Source: a plasmid. Taken from it: 64,000 nucleotides of DNA. Positions within the stretch are counted from its first letter, which is position 1. Each line of letters starts with the position of its first letter. The DNA lies in NCBI RefSeq assembly GCF_056746865.1, contig NZ_JBWKMP010000003.1, one strand, 5' to 3'. Positions 26,309 to 34,234 of the stretch are shown here, piece by piece. Position numbers and translations under genes: made by a program. A model generated the notes under the pieces. The model did not search any database, had not been told where the DNA came from, and saw only the letters and a program-made list of their open reading frames with translations.

Positions 26309-26380
26309 TACAGTAGTGCGCGCTTTGCGGGGCTTGCTACAACCCTGTGTCGGAGTTCAGCACCGACCATCACAATCACT

Positions 26381-26467
26381 GGAGAGTAGGGAGCATGGTG
26401 CTCAAGCGGTCTTGAAAACCGTCCCATTGCGCAAGCGATGATGGTTCGATTCCATTACTCTCCGCCA
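26381..26467 (+). tRNA. Class II tRNA, anticodon TGA (tRNA-Ser-like) with short D arm
   Basis: Acceptor GGAGAGT/ACTCTCC, discriminator G plus CCA, anticodon loop CTTGAAA. Long variable arm ATTGC-GCAA-GCGAT. T loop TTCGATT. The D arm is only GAGC-ATGGT-GCTC. Confidence 0.8.
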
Positions 26468-26575
26468 GCGCAACGTTAAGAGTATTTGGCTAATTAAGCG
26501 AATGCCGGAAGCAGAACCGGATCACCAAATGCGTACAGGCGTCATCGCCGCCCAGTCAGCCAAATGCTCTTACCA

Positions 26576-26715
26576 TTGCGGTGAATGCGGCTAAGCGCAC
26601 GCGGAACAGTTAAAACAGTAAAGGTGGTCTTTTTACTGGCGTAACGAGAATCCATAAGTGATCCGGCGTTAATTGTTAACTGGTTAACGTCACCGGGAGG
26701 CACCCGGCACCGCAA
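26576..26715 (+). ncRNA. Structured element U2
   Basis: Closing helix TTGCGGTG / CACCGCAA. Conserved AATGCGGCTAAGCGC. Hairpin CCGGG-AGGCA-CCCGG abuts the 3' strand. Confidence 0.55.
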
Positions 26716-26758
26716 CCTAACAGCAATGGCGTTTTGTCTTAAAAGGTGGCTGCAAGTG

Positions 26759-26887
26759 ATGGATTTTTGGGCGTTTGCCGATAAAAACCCGGAGTGGACA
26801 TTATTGTTTCTGCTGGTGGTTGCATACGGGGTAGAGCAAGCGGCAAAAGCCTTACGCGGTTCTGGCAAAAAGCGTAAGCGTAATTAA
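26759..26887 (+). CDS. Candidate 42-aa membrane peptide (below the ORF-track cutoff)
   Basis: MDFWAFADKNPEWTLLFLLVVAYGVEQAAKALRGSGKKRKRN has one TM helix and a basic tail. SD AAGGTGG lies about 9 nt upstream. Confidence 0.35.
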   Translation: MDFWAFADKNPEWTLLFLLVVAYGVEQAAKALRGSGKKRKRN

Positions 26888-26896
26888 CAGTAATCT

Positions 26897-26972
26897 GGCC
26901 CTTTAGCTCAGTGGTTAGAGCGGGCGACTCATAATCGCACGATCACCGGTTCAAGTCCGGTAGGGGCCACCA
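26897..26972 (+). tRNA. tRNA with anticodon CAT, ileX-like (tRNA-Ile2 via lysidine, or Met)
   Basis: Very similar to my recollection of E. coli ileX (GGCCC(C/T)TTAGCTCAGTGGTTAGAGC..GGCGACTCATAATCGC..GGTTCAAGTCC..GGGGCCACCA). P1 also encodes such a tRNA. Confidence 0.9.
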
Positions 26973-27196
26973 CATTTGGTTGTAACACGGCGTATGGCAC
27001 ATGCGTCGTTAGCGGTCTGGTGTAGCTGTTAGGTACCTTTTACTAACACTGCATGGGCACACCAGGTAGCCGGAATGTGCAAGCCCCGTTCATAGCGTCG
27101 GACTGCGGATTCACCATCCTGGCGATTCGGTGTGACAGCCGGAAGAGCACGGCGTACAACAGGAAAAGGCGTTTAATTAGCGTGAGCGCCGTTTCC

Positions 27197-27311
27197 GTTG
27201 TGGTAATTGCGGCTATGCGCTCGTGACGAAGCCATTTTCATTCACTACGTTCTGATAAGTGTCGTCGCCAGGCGTGGCTAACCTGGCAGGTGGAGGCACC
27301 ACCGCCACAAC
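27197..27311 (+). ncRNA. Structured element U3
   Basis: Closing helix GTTGTGG / CCACAAC, compensatory relative to U1 and U2. Conserved TAATTGCGGCTATGCGC. Hairpin GGTGG-AGGCA-CCACC lies 1 nt before the 3' strand. Confidence 0.55.
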
Positions 27312-27424
27312 TCCTTTCAATTCATCATATAGCCGCTCAGGCTGTAACTCTTAATTAATACGAAGTTACGACGTCACTACCGGTTCAGCCGGGGGATAGT
27401 CGCGCGTGTAAAAAAGGAGACGTT

Positions 27425-28000
27425 ATGTTAACGGCGAACGATAACGCGTATTTAGAAGATGATCTCGTTTTGAGTGACTTTATAGGGCGACGAGAATGCT
27501 GGACGCAAAAGCGCGAGGAGCTTTATGCAGCGTTAGTTCGTAAAGGCGTCAACATCGAAACCGCACAGAACGGTGATATGACAGTGGTAAGTGTTGGACT
27601 GCACGGCGTAAGTGTGTCAGCAATCAATCATGAGCCGTACATTGCGTTATCCGAGTCGATGGTAAGGTTAGTTAAGTTCCTGAAGTACACAGAAGCGAAT
27701 AACGTGCTCATCGCCAAAAAGAACATCCCGTTCTCATCGGCCTTTTACTGGATGATGAAGGGGCTTGATGCCCGGCGAACATCATGGCCTAAAGGGAGCT
27801 ATATATCGATGCTCCGTGGCAGTGTTGGTAGCAAAGAAAAGCTCGTCGAATTCCTGCCGGAAGAGGCATTCGATATTGTTGAAGGTTGTGATGTGATGGT
27901 TATGCCTCGCCTGGTAATGATGAATGGGGATTTACAGGCGCAGACAGACTGGTTTGCAACTGGAGTTGATATTATCGCTACTGACTGGGAGGTTTTTTGA
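27425..28000 (+). CDS. Hypothetical protein with C-terminal DUF2829 (Tad2-like) domain
   Basis: 191 aa with SD AAGGAG. C-terminus ..FYWMMKGLDARRTSWPKGSYI....IIATDWEVF. Confidence 0.7.
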   Translation: MLTANDNAYLEDDLVLSDFIGRRECWTQKREELYAALVRKGVNIETAQNGDMTVVSVGLHGVSVSAINHEPYIALSESMVRLVKFLKYTEANNVLIAKKNIPFSSAFYWMMKGLDARRTSWPKGSYISMLRGSVGSKEKLVEFLPEEAFDIVEGCDVMVMPRLVMMNGDLQAQTDWFATGVDIIATDWEVF

Positions 28001-28380
28001 TGTACGAGGCTACTAAATTACGCACTGAGGATGCGATGCACATTGGTTGGGACATCATCACCTGCAAGATAACATCATGCAAGGCTACACGCACAGACGC
28101 CGGACACAAGAGCACAATATCAGGTTATGTCGTGATGTCAGTCAGGAGTGTGCGCATACGCTTCAGATGGAAAGCCTGCCAGGTTACATCATCAATGCCG
28201 CTTACCGTCGAGCAGGATTATTTATGCTTACCCGAAATAGACGGAGCGTTGCTGGTGGGCAATAGTGGTCGAAAAGCCGATTTTGAAGCCAGTCTGAAGA
28301 TGGCGCAGGCGGTGATCAACAAACATAAAGGGAAGTGGGAGGCAAAAGTTAAGCATGTTGTTCGTTTATCCCGCTGGTAG
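28000..28380 (+). CDS. Hypothetical protein
   Basis: TGATG overlap with the upstream gene and SD GGGAGG. 126 aa. Confidence 0.6.
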   Translation: MYEATKLRTEDAMHIGWDIITCKITSCKATRTDAGHKSTISGYVVMSVRSVRIRFRWKACQVTSSMPLTVEQDYLCLPEIDGALLVGNSGRKADFEASLKMAQAVINKHKGKWEAKVKHVVRLSRW

Positions 28381-28410
28381 TGTTAGCAAATTGATATTAA
28401 TTTTCTAATA
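28381..28410. promoter_or_regulatory. Inverted operator pair TGTTAGCAAATTGA-ta-TTAATTTTCTAATA
   Basis: Upstream of the Lpa-position gene. In P1, lpa is operator-controlled. Confidence 0.6.
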
Positions 28411-28487
28411 CATCATGTTTTTGACAGTCTTCTCAGTATTAACAAGCTGATTATCATCCCCTCGGTCTTTTTCTATCCGGGGGATAA

Positions 28488-28880
28488 ATGGAGCAAATCA
28501 GTAGCGCCGAAATAGCGGATATCATGATCAGGGCTAACTGCTATCTGACGGTCACCGAAATCACCAGCCGTGCAAAAGCACAATATCCTCACCTTCATGT
28601 GTCGCGCGTAAACGTAAATAACATCATACGTTTTTTTGTTCGTTCCAGTCGTGCCATTTGCGAAATAGACGACCGCGTATACCCCCGGAAATATTGGTTA
28701 CATGGCCTGAATGGATACCAGTTCAAGGTGCGCGGGCGCACTCCTGAATTCGGTCGGCTGTTGGTGAAAAACACCAACCGAAAGATAGAAGCTCAATTAC
28801 GAAAGGAGCAGCGTCAGTTGGTGGCGATGACTAACCAGCTATGGAACGCCGCTGTGAAAAAACGTGAGGCTTCCCTATGA
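28488..28880 (+). CDS. Candidate late promoter activator (Lpa position)
   Basis: 130 aa, directly upstream of pacA and behind an operator pair, as P1 lpa (gene 10). Assigned by synteny only. Confidence 0.4.
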   Translation: MEQISSAEIADIMIRANCYLTVTEITSRAKAQYPHLHVSRVNVNNIIRFFVRSSRAICEIDDRVYPRKYWLHGLNGYQFKVRGRTPEFGRLLVKNTNRKIEAQLRKEQRQLVAMTNQLWNAAVKKREASL

Positions 28881-30241
28881 CGTTAATTAACTGGGAAGCG
28901 CATCGAGCTAAGTTCCTGGAGTTAAGAGAAGAAACCGGGATCACCATAAAAGAATATTGCGAGCAGCATGACCTCAGCTTTAACACCGCCAGAAAGCATC
29001 TCAATATGAAAAAAAATGAGGTTAAGGCGAAAGCTAAGGCTACCGGGAAAAGTACAAAACAGCGCGCAAAAAGCAGCGCCACCGGCTCAAAAAAAGAGCA
29101 AAAAAAGGCTAATAAAAGCACAGAATTTACAAAAACTGACAAATCGTTGGCTGGTGGACGGTTCCGCGCCATGCCGCAAAAACAAAATGCGGATCACAAA
29201 GAAAAGCCAAGTAATAACAACAAGATACACAAGGATGTGAAGGGATCATTTTGTGATGAAATGGGAGAAATGATCCCTAAAAGCAGCGATAAAGCCCAAC
29301 GAAACAAGGGATCATTGCAAATGATCCCTGATTCATCAGCTCAAAGCACCACTTTGCCTGCCACCAACGTCGCCCGTGAGATGATGAAGAACGGCGCGAC
29401 TGAACATTTACGACTTGCGATACAGATGGCGCAGGAACGAGCAATTCAGTATCAGGCTATCGTTGACCAGGAAGCGGAGCGACTACAGGAAGAGATTGAC
29501 GCCCTCGGTGATACACAGCCAGAGGGGATGCACCCAGGGCAGCGTCTTCTCGGACTGATCAGCGATGCGGCCTACTACATGAATGACTTTATCACCAGGC
29601 TGGCAGCCATCTATCAGAACGAGCAGAAGCTACGCCAGGGGGATGAAAAACTTGCGCAGGGCGCGCGTCAGCAGGCATTCAGGGAGGCTGAGGCCAGAGA
29701 AAAACTGGCGATTGCCCGCCTACAAGCCGAGCAGCGTGGCAAGGAGATTGAGTATCGCATTGGCGCTGACGCACGCGCCGCCAGGGTTATCGCCGCCGCT
29801 ATACGTATGCGTGAGCGCGAGGAGCTGGATGATATAGGTGTTGCTGAATATATCGAGCGGCAGGGCGTCAGTGTCCCGGCTATCCTGGCGGCACGAGCGG
29901 CAAAAGCGATCTCACTTCTGGAGCCTCCGGTTTCTGACGTTAACGATGTTGATGATGAGCAACTGGATAAAGAGGCGAAGCAGTTTGCCGAGCAACAAGC
30001 TGGACTCCCACAATGGCTTGCACAACGCCGGGCTGAAGTAGCGAAAATCGTTGATAGGCTTGGGATGGGGGATTACGACCGGAACGGAGAACGTAAAGCC
30101 GGTGAATTTGAGGCCAATGATGAAGACCTGAATATAGACCCTTCCGCGACGGCTGATATCTACGGTGATTATGACGCGGGGGATACCGGTTTTGATGCTG
30201 TAGATGACGAGATTGCGATAGACCAGCCGGAGGATGACTAA
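28877..30241 (+). CDS. pacA: Terminase small subunit PacA
   Basis: 454 aa. N-terminal HTH (ITIKEYCEQHDLSFNTARKHL), acidic tail, contains the GATC-hexamer cluster, TAATG overlap with pacB. Confidence 0.75.
   Translation: MTLINWEAHRAKFLELREETGITIKEYCEQHDLSFNTARKHLNMKKNEVKAKAKATGKSTKQRAKSSATGSKKEQKKANKSTEFTKTDKSLAGGRFRAMPQKQNADHKEKPSNNNKIHKDVKGSFCDEMGEMIPKSSDKAQRNKGSLQMIPDSSAQSTTLPATNVAREMMKNGATEHLRLAIQMAQERAIQYQAIVDQEAERLQEEIDALGDTQPEGMHPGQRLLGLISDAAYYMNDFITRLAAIYQNEQKLRQGDEKLAQGARQQAFREAEAREKLAIARLQAEQRGKEIEYRIGADARAARVIAAAIRMREREELDDIGVAEYIERQGVSVPAILAARAAKAISLLEPPVSDVNDVDDEQLDKEAKQFAEQQAGLPQWLAQRRAEVAKIVDRLGMGDYDRNGERKAGEFEANDEDLNIDPSATADIYGDYDAGDTGFDAVDDEIAIDQPEDD
29191..29327. other. Candidate pac cleavage/recognition region: five GGATCA/TGATCC hexamers
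   Basis: Hexamers at 29191, 29243, 29271, 29309 and 29322, four of them as two inverted pairs. The P1 pac site inside pacA is built of TGATC(A/G) Dam-site hexamers. Confidence 0.5.
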
Positions 30242-31749
30242 TGGCTGGTGGTCGTAAGATTAAGTGCGTCACCAGTGATCCACGTTGGCGCGATATGGTT
30301 ATCAGGTATCGATACAACTTTACCCAGGCGGTTGTCGATATTTTTGGGATGTTCCCCTCCCACCAGCAGCAGCAGATCATTCAGTCAGTGCAGGAGACGG
30401 GGAGCAGGACGACCGTTACGTCCGGACACGGAACGGGTAAGTCGTCCCTTACCGCGATGTTGCTACTAATTTTTATGATCCTGTTCCCCGACGCCCGCGT
30501 CATTATTGTTGCGAACAAAATAGGCCAGGTAAAAACAGGCGTATTCAAATACGTGAAACAGTTTTGGGCGAATGCTGTTAAGCGCCACGGCTGGTTACAG
30601 ACCTATTTTGTCCTGTCTGACACCATGTTTTATGAGCGTTCCCGTAAAGGGATATGGGAAGTGCTCTGTAAAGGTTATCGACTCGGTAACGAAGAGGCAC
30701 TGGCGGGGGAGCACGCGGAGCATTTACTGCTAATCCTTGATGAAGCATCGGGCATATCCGATAAGGCGATTAACGTCATGACGGGGGCGTTAACGCAGAA
30801 AGATAACCGTATGCTCATGCTTTCCCAGCCTACGCGTCCAAGCGGTTACTTTTATGAATCTCACCATTCAAGGGCAAAGGCAGAAGGCAATCCGGAAGGT
30901 GTCTGGACGGCAATAGTCCTTAACTCTGAAGAATCACCATTCGTTGAACCGAGCTTTATTCGTGAGAAATTGCTGGAGTACGGCGGCAGGGATTCGCTGG
31001 AGTACATGGTTAAGGTGCTGGGCCAGTTCCCGCGTGCAATTAACGGGTATTTGCTTGGTCGTGATGAGTGCGACCGCGCCGCACGGCGTAAAGTGTTGCT
31101 GGAGAAAGATTGGGGCTGGGTAGCGACCGCTGACGTCGGTAATGGTCGCGATAAATCGGTGCTCAATATATGCAAAGTATCCGGTTATCGTGAGAAACGA
31201 CGCGTTGTGAACTTTAAGATACTGGAGATGCCAGGCACTATGGACCCGTTGGCTTTTGCCGACTTTATCTATAACGAATGCACTCCTGATAAATACCCGA
31301 ACATCACCATTGCTGTGGATGCTGATGGCTTTGGTTCAGATACGTGTGCGCAGCTTGTCCGCCGTGGTGCTAATCCCGTTCGCATCCGTTGGGGTAAGCC
31401 TATGTTTGCGCTAAGAGACAGAGAACGCTTTGTCAATCAGCGTGCTTACGCCAATATTATGGCAGGGGATGCCATTAAATCCGGGCGTATGCGTATCGAT
31501 AGTGACCCCAAAACCGCAGATCAGGCATCAAAAATCCCGTATATGCTTAACGAAGAAGGGAAGGTAGCGATGATGCGCAAGGAGCACATGCGGCAGAAGT
31601 TAAACATCAAGTCACCGGACAGATGGGATACCTACTGCTTCACTATGCTGGTGGATTACGTGCCTGCTAATGAAGACATTGGCGCAGAACTCGCAACATT
31701 CCGCGATCAGGTGTTGGCAGAAGTGGATATTCCTGATATTGACATTTAA
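30241..31749 (+). CDS. pacB: Terminase large subunit PacB
   Basis: 502 aa. Walker A SGHGTGKSS and Walker B LLLILDEASG. Follows pacA. Confidence 0.85.
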   Translation: MAGGRKIKCVTSDPRWRDMVIRYRYNFTQAVVDIFGMFPSHQQQQIIQSVQETGSRTTVTSGHGTGKSSLTAMLLLIFMILFPDARVIIVANKIGQVKTGVFKYVKQFWANAVKRHGWLQTYFVLSDTMFYERSRKGIWEVLCKGYRLGNEEALAGEHAEHLLLILDEASGISDKAINVMTGALTQKDNRMLMLSQPTRPSGYFYESHHSRAKAEGNPEGVWTAIVLNSEESPFVEPSFIREKLLEYGGRDSLEYMVKVLGQFPRAINGYLLGRDECDRAARRKVLLEKDWGWVATADVGNGRDKSVLNICKVSGYREKRRVVNFKILEMPGTMDPLAFADFIYNECTPDKYPNITIAVDADGFGSDTCAQLVRRGANPVRIRWGKPMFALRDRERFVNQRAYANIMAGDAIKSGRMRIDSDPKTADQASKIPYMLNEEGKVAMMRKEHMRQKLNIKSPDRWDTYCFTMLVDYVPANEDIGAELATFRDQVLAEVDIPDIDI

Positions 31750-31786
31750 AAGCCCCGGCGATTCGGGGCTTGTGGGTGGCTTGCGA

Positions 31787-32824
31787 TTACCAGAGTTTTG
31801 CCGCGTACATCGTTTGTGTGAATGTGTACCCATAGCGTTCTTCAACGCTTTTACCGTATTTTTTCCTGGCTTCAGTAAGGCGGATGCCTGTCAGGTCATC
31901 GCCGGAGGCAATCATAACTTCCAGTAGTTCCAGGTCCATTTTATCCAGCCTTGCCATTGCATCTTTAGCCTCTTGAATTTTCCGGCTAACGATCTGGTGT
32001 ATGGCTGGATCGGCTTCGGCCAGCATTTTATCTGATTTGTTTTTTAAACTCTGATTGCGGATATCAATGTTTCTCAGGATATATGACTTCACGACGTAGC
32101 TTGGCTGCTGCTTTTCCAGATCACGAACCCGATAAAGGTCAAATTCGCCGAGAAGTCCGCACGGAAGCGGTTTAATGCCAGTGTAAATGGTAAGGGTGCG
32201 GCGCTCACCAACGTTGTTAACAACGGGAATCTCTGTGTTTGCTTTTTTTGCAAAGATCAGCGCACCGTGCGTACCCACTCTGAAGCGTGAAAGTCCATTG
32301 TTGCCCTCAATATTGGTGGTAATCACCACATCGGTATAACCTTCTTTTCTTGCGCGGTATACCTCGCCCTCACGTTCAGCGGCGAAGAATCTGCGTTCTT
32401 CTTCAAGCGCACCGACAACCTGTGAAAATATCCTGTTTTTCATGCTTTTCTTTATAGTTTTATCGTATTTTTTCAGCAGGTCTTCGCGCGTAAATGTTCT
32501 CGTTGTGGTTGCGCTTTGCATAACGATGTGCGTACTCTGATTAGTATCCTCAACAATGAATGGGATCGGTAAATAAACCGACTCAACAATGTTTGAGGCT
32601 TTGTCATCATCCTTGCGACACAGATCAACAAAGGCTTTCCATTCGGCTATGCATTTTTCAGCTTCTTCTAATACAGCCGGATCATGTGTTAATGCAACAT
32701 GGCGAAATTCCTCGCCAACATAACTGGTATCATGGAAAACAGAGTTTGCGACCACCAGCTCTTTCCACCTTTCAGCGGTTTGCAGGAACCGTTTGTACTC
32801 ATTCTCGATCGACTTCTTACTCAT
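31787..32824 (-). CDS. Candidate primary immunity repressor (c1 position)
   Basis: ATG at 32824 (SD AGGA) gives 345 aa. It lies between pacB and the rox/dre locus, exactly where P1 c1 lies, with operator half-sites in its upstream region. I saw no sequence similarity to P1 C1. Confidence 0.4.
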   Translation of the reverse strand: MSKKSIENEYKRFLQTAERWKELVVANSVFHDTSYVGEEFRHVALTHDPAVLEEAEKCIAEWKAFVDLCRKDDDKASNIVESVYLPIPFIVEDTNQSTHIVMQSATTTRTFTREDLLKKYDKTIKKSMKNRIFSQVVGALEEERRFFAAEREGEVYRARKEGYTDVVITTNIEGNNGLSRFRVGTHGALIFAKKANTEIPVVNNVGERRTLTIYTGIKPLPCGLLGEFDLYRVRDLEKQQPSYVVKSYILRNIDIRNQSLKNKSDKMLAEADPAIHQIVSRKIQEAKDAMARLDKMDLELLEVMIASGDDLTGIRLTEARKKYGKSVEERYGYTFTQTMYAAKLW

Positions 32825-32838
32825 TATTCCTACTCGAT

Positions 32839-32852
32839 TTAGTTTTCTAACA
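32839..32852 (-). promoter_or_regulatory. Operator half-site TTAGTTTTCTAACA
   Basis: Lies 15 nt upstream of the c1-candidate start (autoregulation, as with P1 Op99). Confidence 0.55.
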
Positions 32853-32926
32853 TAAAAGTCCTGTGACAAATTTATGCTGAATAACAAGGTGAGTAAAGGA
32901 TAAAACCGCTTTTTTTTGATTGTTCC

Positions 32927-32940
32927 TATTAGAAAATGTA
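32927..32940 (+). promoter_or_regulatory. Operator half-site TATTAGAAAATGTA (weaker match)
   Basis: Second site in the c1-candidate upstream region. Confidence 0.4.
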
Positions 32941-33020
32941 ACCAGGAGCGGCTACCGCATGGCTGACGGATTTGCGAAGTGATCTGGTCGGTGTTTTTTT
33001 GGGAAAAAAGTTCCGATTTC

Positions 33021-33052
33021 TAACTTTAAATAATTGGCATTATTTAAAGTTA
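33021..33052. other. rox: rox-type recombination site (14-bp inverted repeats, 4-bp spacer)
   Basis: TAACTTTAAATAAT-TGGC-ATTATTTAAAGTTA is a perfect 14-bp inverted repeat. It equals the reverse complement of the D6 rox site as I remember it. It lies 150 bp upstream of the recombinase gene. Confidence 0.85.
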
Positions 33053-33204
33053 GGCTATAATCTCCAGTAAACAGGCAGTATTGACAAGGATGAAAAATCA
33101 TGCCTCGAATCAAAGGCTTGAATTTTGAAAATTAACTTATAACTACCCTGTCAGTTTTCTATTTTTCACGTAGCGTTATCTGTATATAGAGGTTTAATAG
33201 TTTC

Positions 33205-34233
33205 ATGGGTGAACTAGTTATCTCCGGCGGTTCTGGTGGTTTTCTGCGCGATATTGGCACCGAATACCAGGAAGCTGCAAAAAACTTTATGCAGTTCATG
33301 AACGACCAGGGAGCTTATGCTCCAAATACGCTTCGAGATCTCCGTCTGGTGTTTCATTCCTGGGCGCGGTGGTGTAATTCGCGCCAGCGCCCCTGGTTCC
33401 CGATTACGCCGGAAATGGCCCGCGAGTATCTTCTCCAGTTGCATGAGGCCGATCTGGCCTCGACCACCATTGATAAGCACTATGCCATGCTTAACATGCT
33501 GCTTTCGCAATGTGGCCTCCCGCCGCTGTCGGACGATAAAAGTGTGTCTCTGGCCATGCGGCGCATCCGGCGCGAAGCGGCAACGGAAAAAGGCGAGCGA
33601 ACAGGCCAGGCTATACCGTTGCGGTGGGATGATCTGAAATTGCTCGACGTGTTGCTGTCCCGTTCCGAGCGGCTGGTGGACCTGCGCAATCGGGCGTTTC
33701 TCTTCGTGGCATACAATACCCTGATGCGTATGTCAGAAATCTCGCGCATCCGCGTCGGAGATCTGGACCAAACAGGTGACACTGTAACGCTGCATATTTC
33801 ACACACGAAGACCATCACGACCGCCGCCGGACTTGATAAGGTGCTTTCTCGTTACACTACCGCCGTACTGAACGACTGGCTGGAGGTGTCCGGACTTCGA
33901 GAACATCCGGACGCGGTGCTATTCCCGCCAATACACCGCAGTAATAAGGCCAGAATCACGACAACGCCCCTTACTGCACCTGCAATGGAGAAAATATTCA
34001 GCGATGCCTGGGGGTTGCTGAACAAACGAGATGCCACGCCGAACAAAGGAAGATACCGGACGTGGACAGGCCATAGTGCGCGTGTTGGTGCGGCAATTGA
34101 TATGGCTGAGAAACAGGTGTCAATGGTCGAGATCATGCAGGAAGGTACATGGAAAAAGCCCGAAACACTTATGCGATATTTGCGCCGTAGCGGGGCATCC
34201 GTTGGTGCAAATAGTCGCCTGATGGACTCATAA
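33205..34233 (+). CDS. dre: Dre-type (Cre-like) tyrosine site-specific recombinase
   Basis: 342 aa, collinear with P1 Cre (..HSWARWC..WFP.., ..AYNTLMRMSEISRIRV.., ..WTGHSARVGAA.DMA..). Near-identical to my recollection of D6 Dre. Confidence 0.92.
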   Translation: MGELVISGGSGGFLRDIGTEYQEAAKNFMQFMNDQGAYAPNTLRDLRLVFHSWARWCNSRQRPWFPITPEMAREYLLQLHEADLASTTIDKHYAMLNMLLSQCGLPPLSDDKSVSLAMRRIRREAATEKGERTGQAIPLRWDDLKLLDVLLSRSERLVDLRNRAFLFVAYNTLMRMSEISRIRVGDLDQTGDTVTLHISHTKTITTAAGLDKVLSRYTTAVLNDWLEVSGLREHPDAVLFPPIHRSNKARITTTPLTAPAMEKIFSDAWGLLNKRDATPNKGRYRTWTGHSARVGAAIDMAEKQVSMVEIMQEGTWKKPETLMRYLRRSGASVGANSRLMDS

Positions 34234-34234
34234 A

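Noticed and set aside
26542-26868. 108-aa minus-strand ORF
   Set aside because: It is antisense to element U2 and to the SD-preceded 42-codon + strand ORF. There is no RBS and the composition is odd.
25120-27311. Reading the U elements as lambda-type nut sites (boxA + boxB)
   Set aside because: U2 is preceded by TGCTCTTA (boxA-like) and the AGGCA hairpin has boxB-like dimensions. However, the boxA-like sequence is not conserved in U1 or U3, and the long-range closing helix is not a nut feature.
33011-33024. Weak operator-like sequence CCGATTTCTAAC overlapping the left arm of rox
   Set aside because: Only the CTAAC core matches. It is probably a coincidence with the rox arm TAACTTTAAA.
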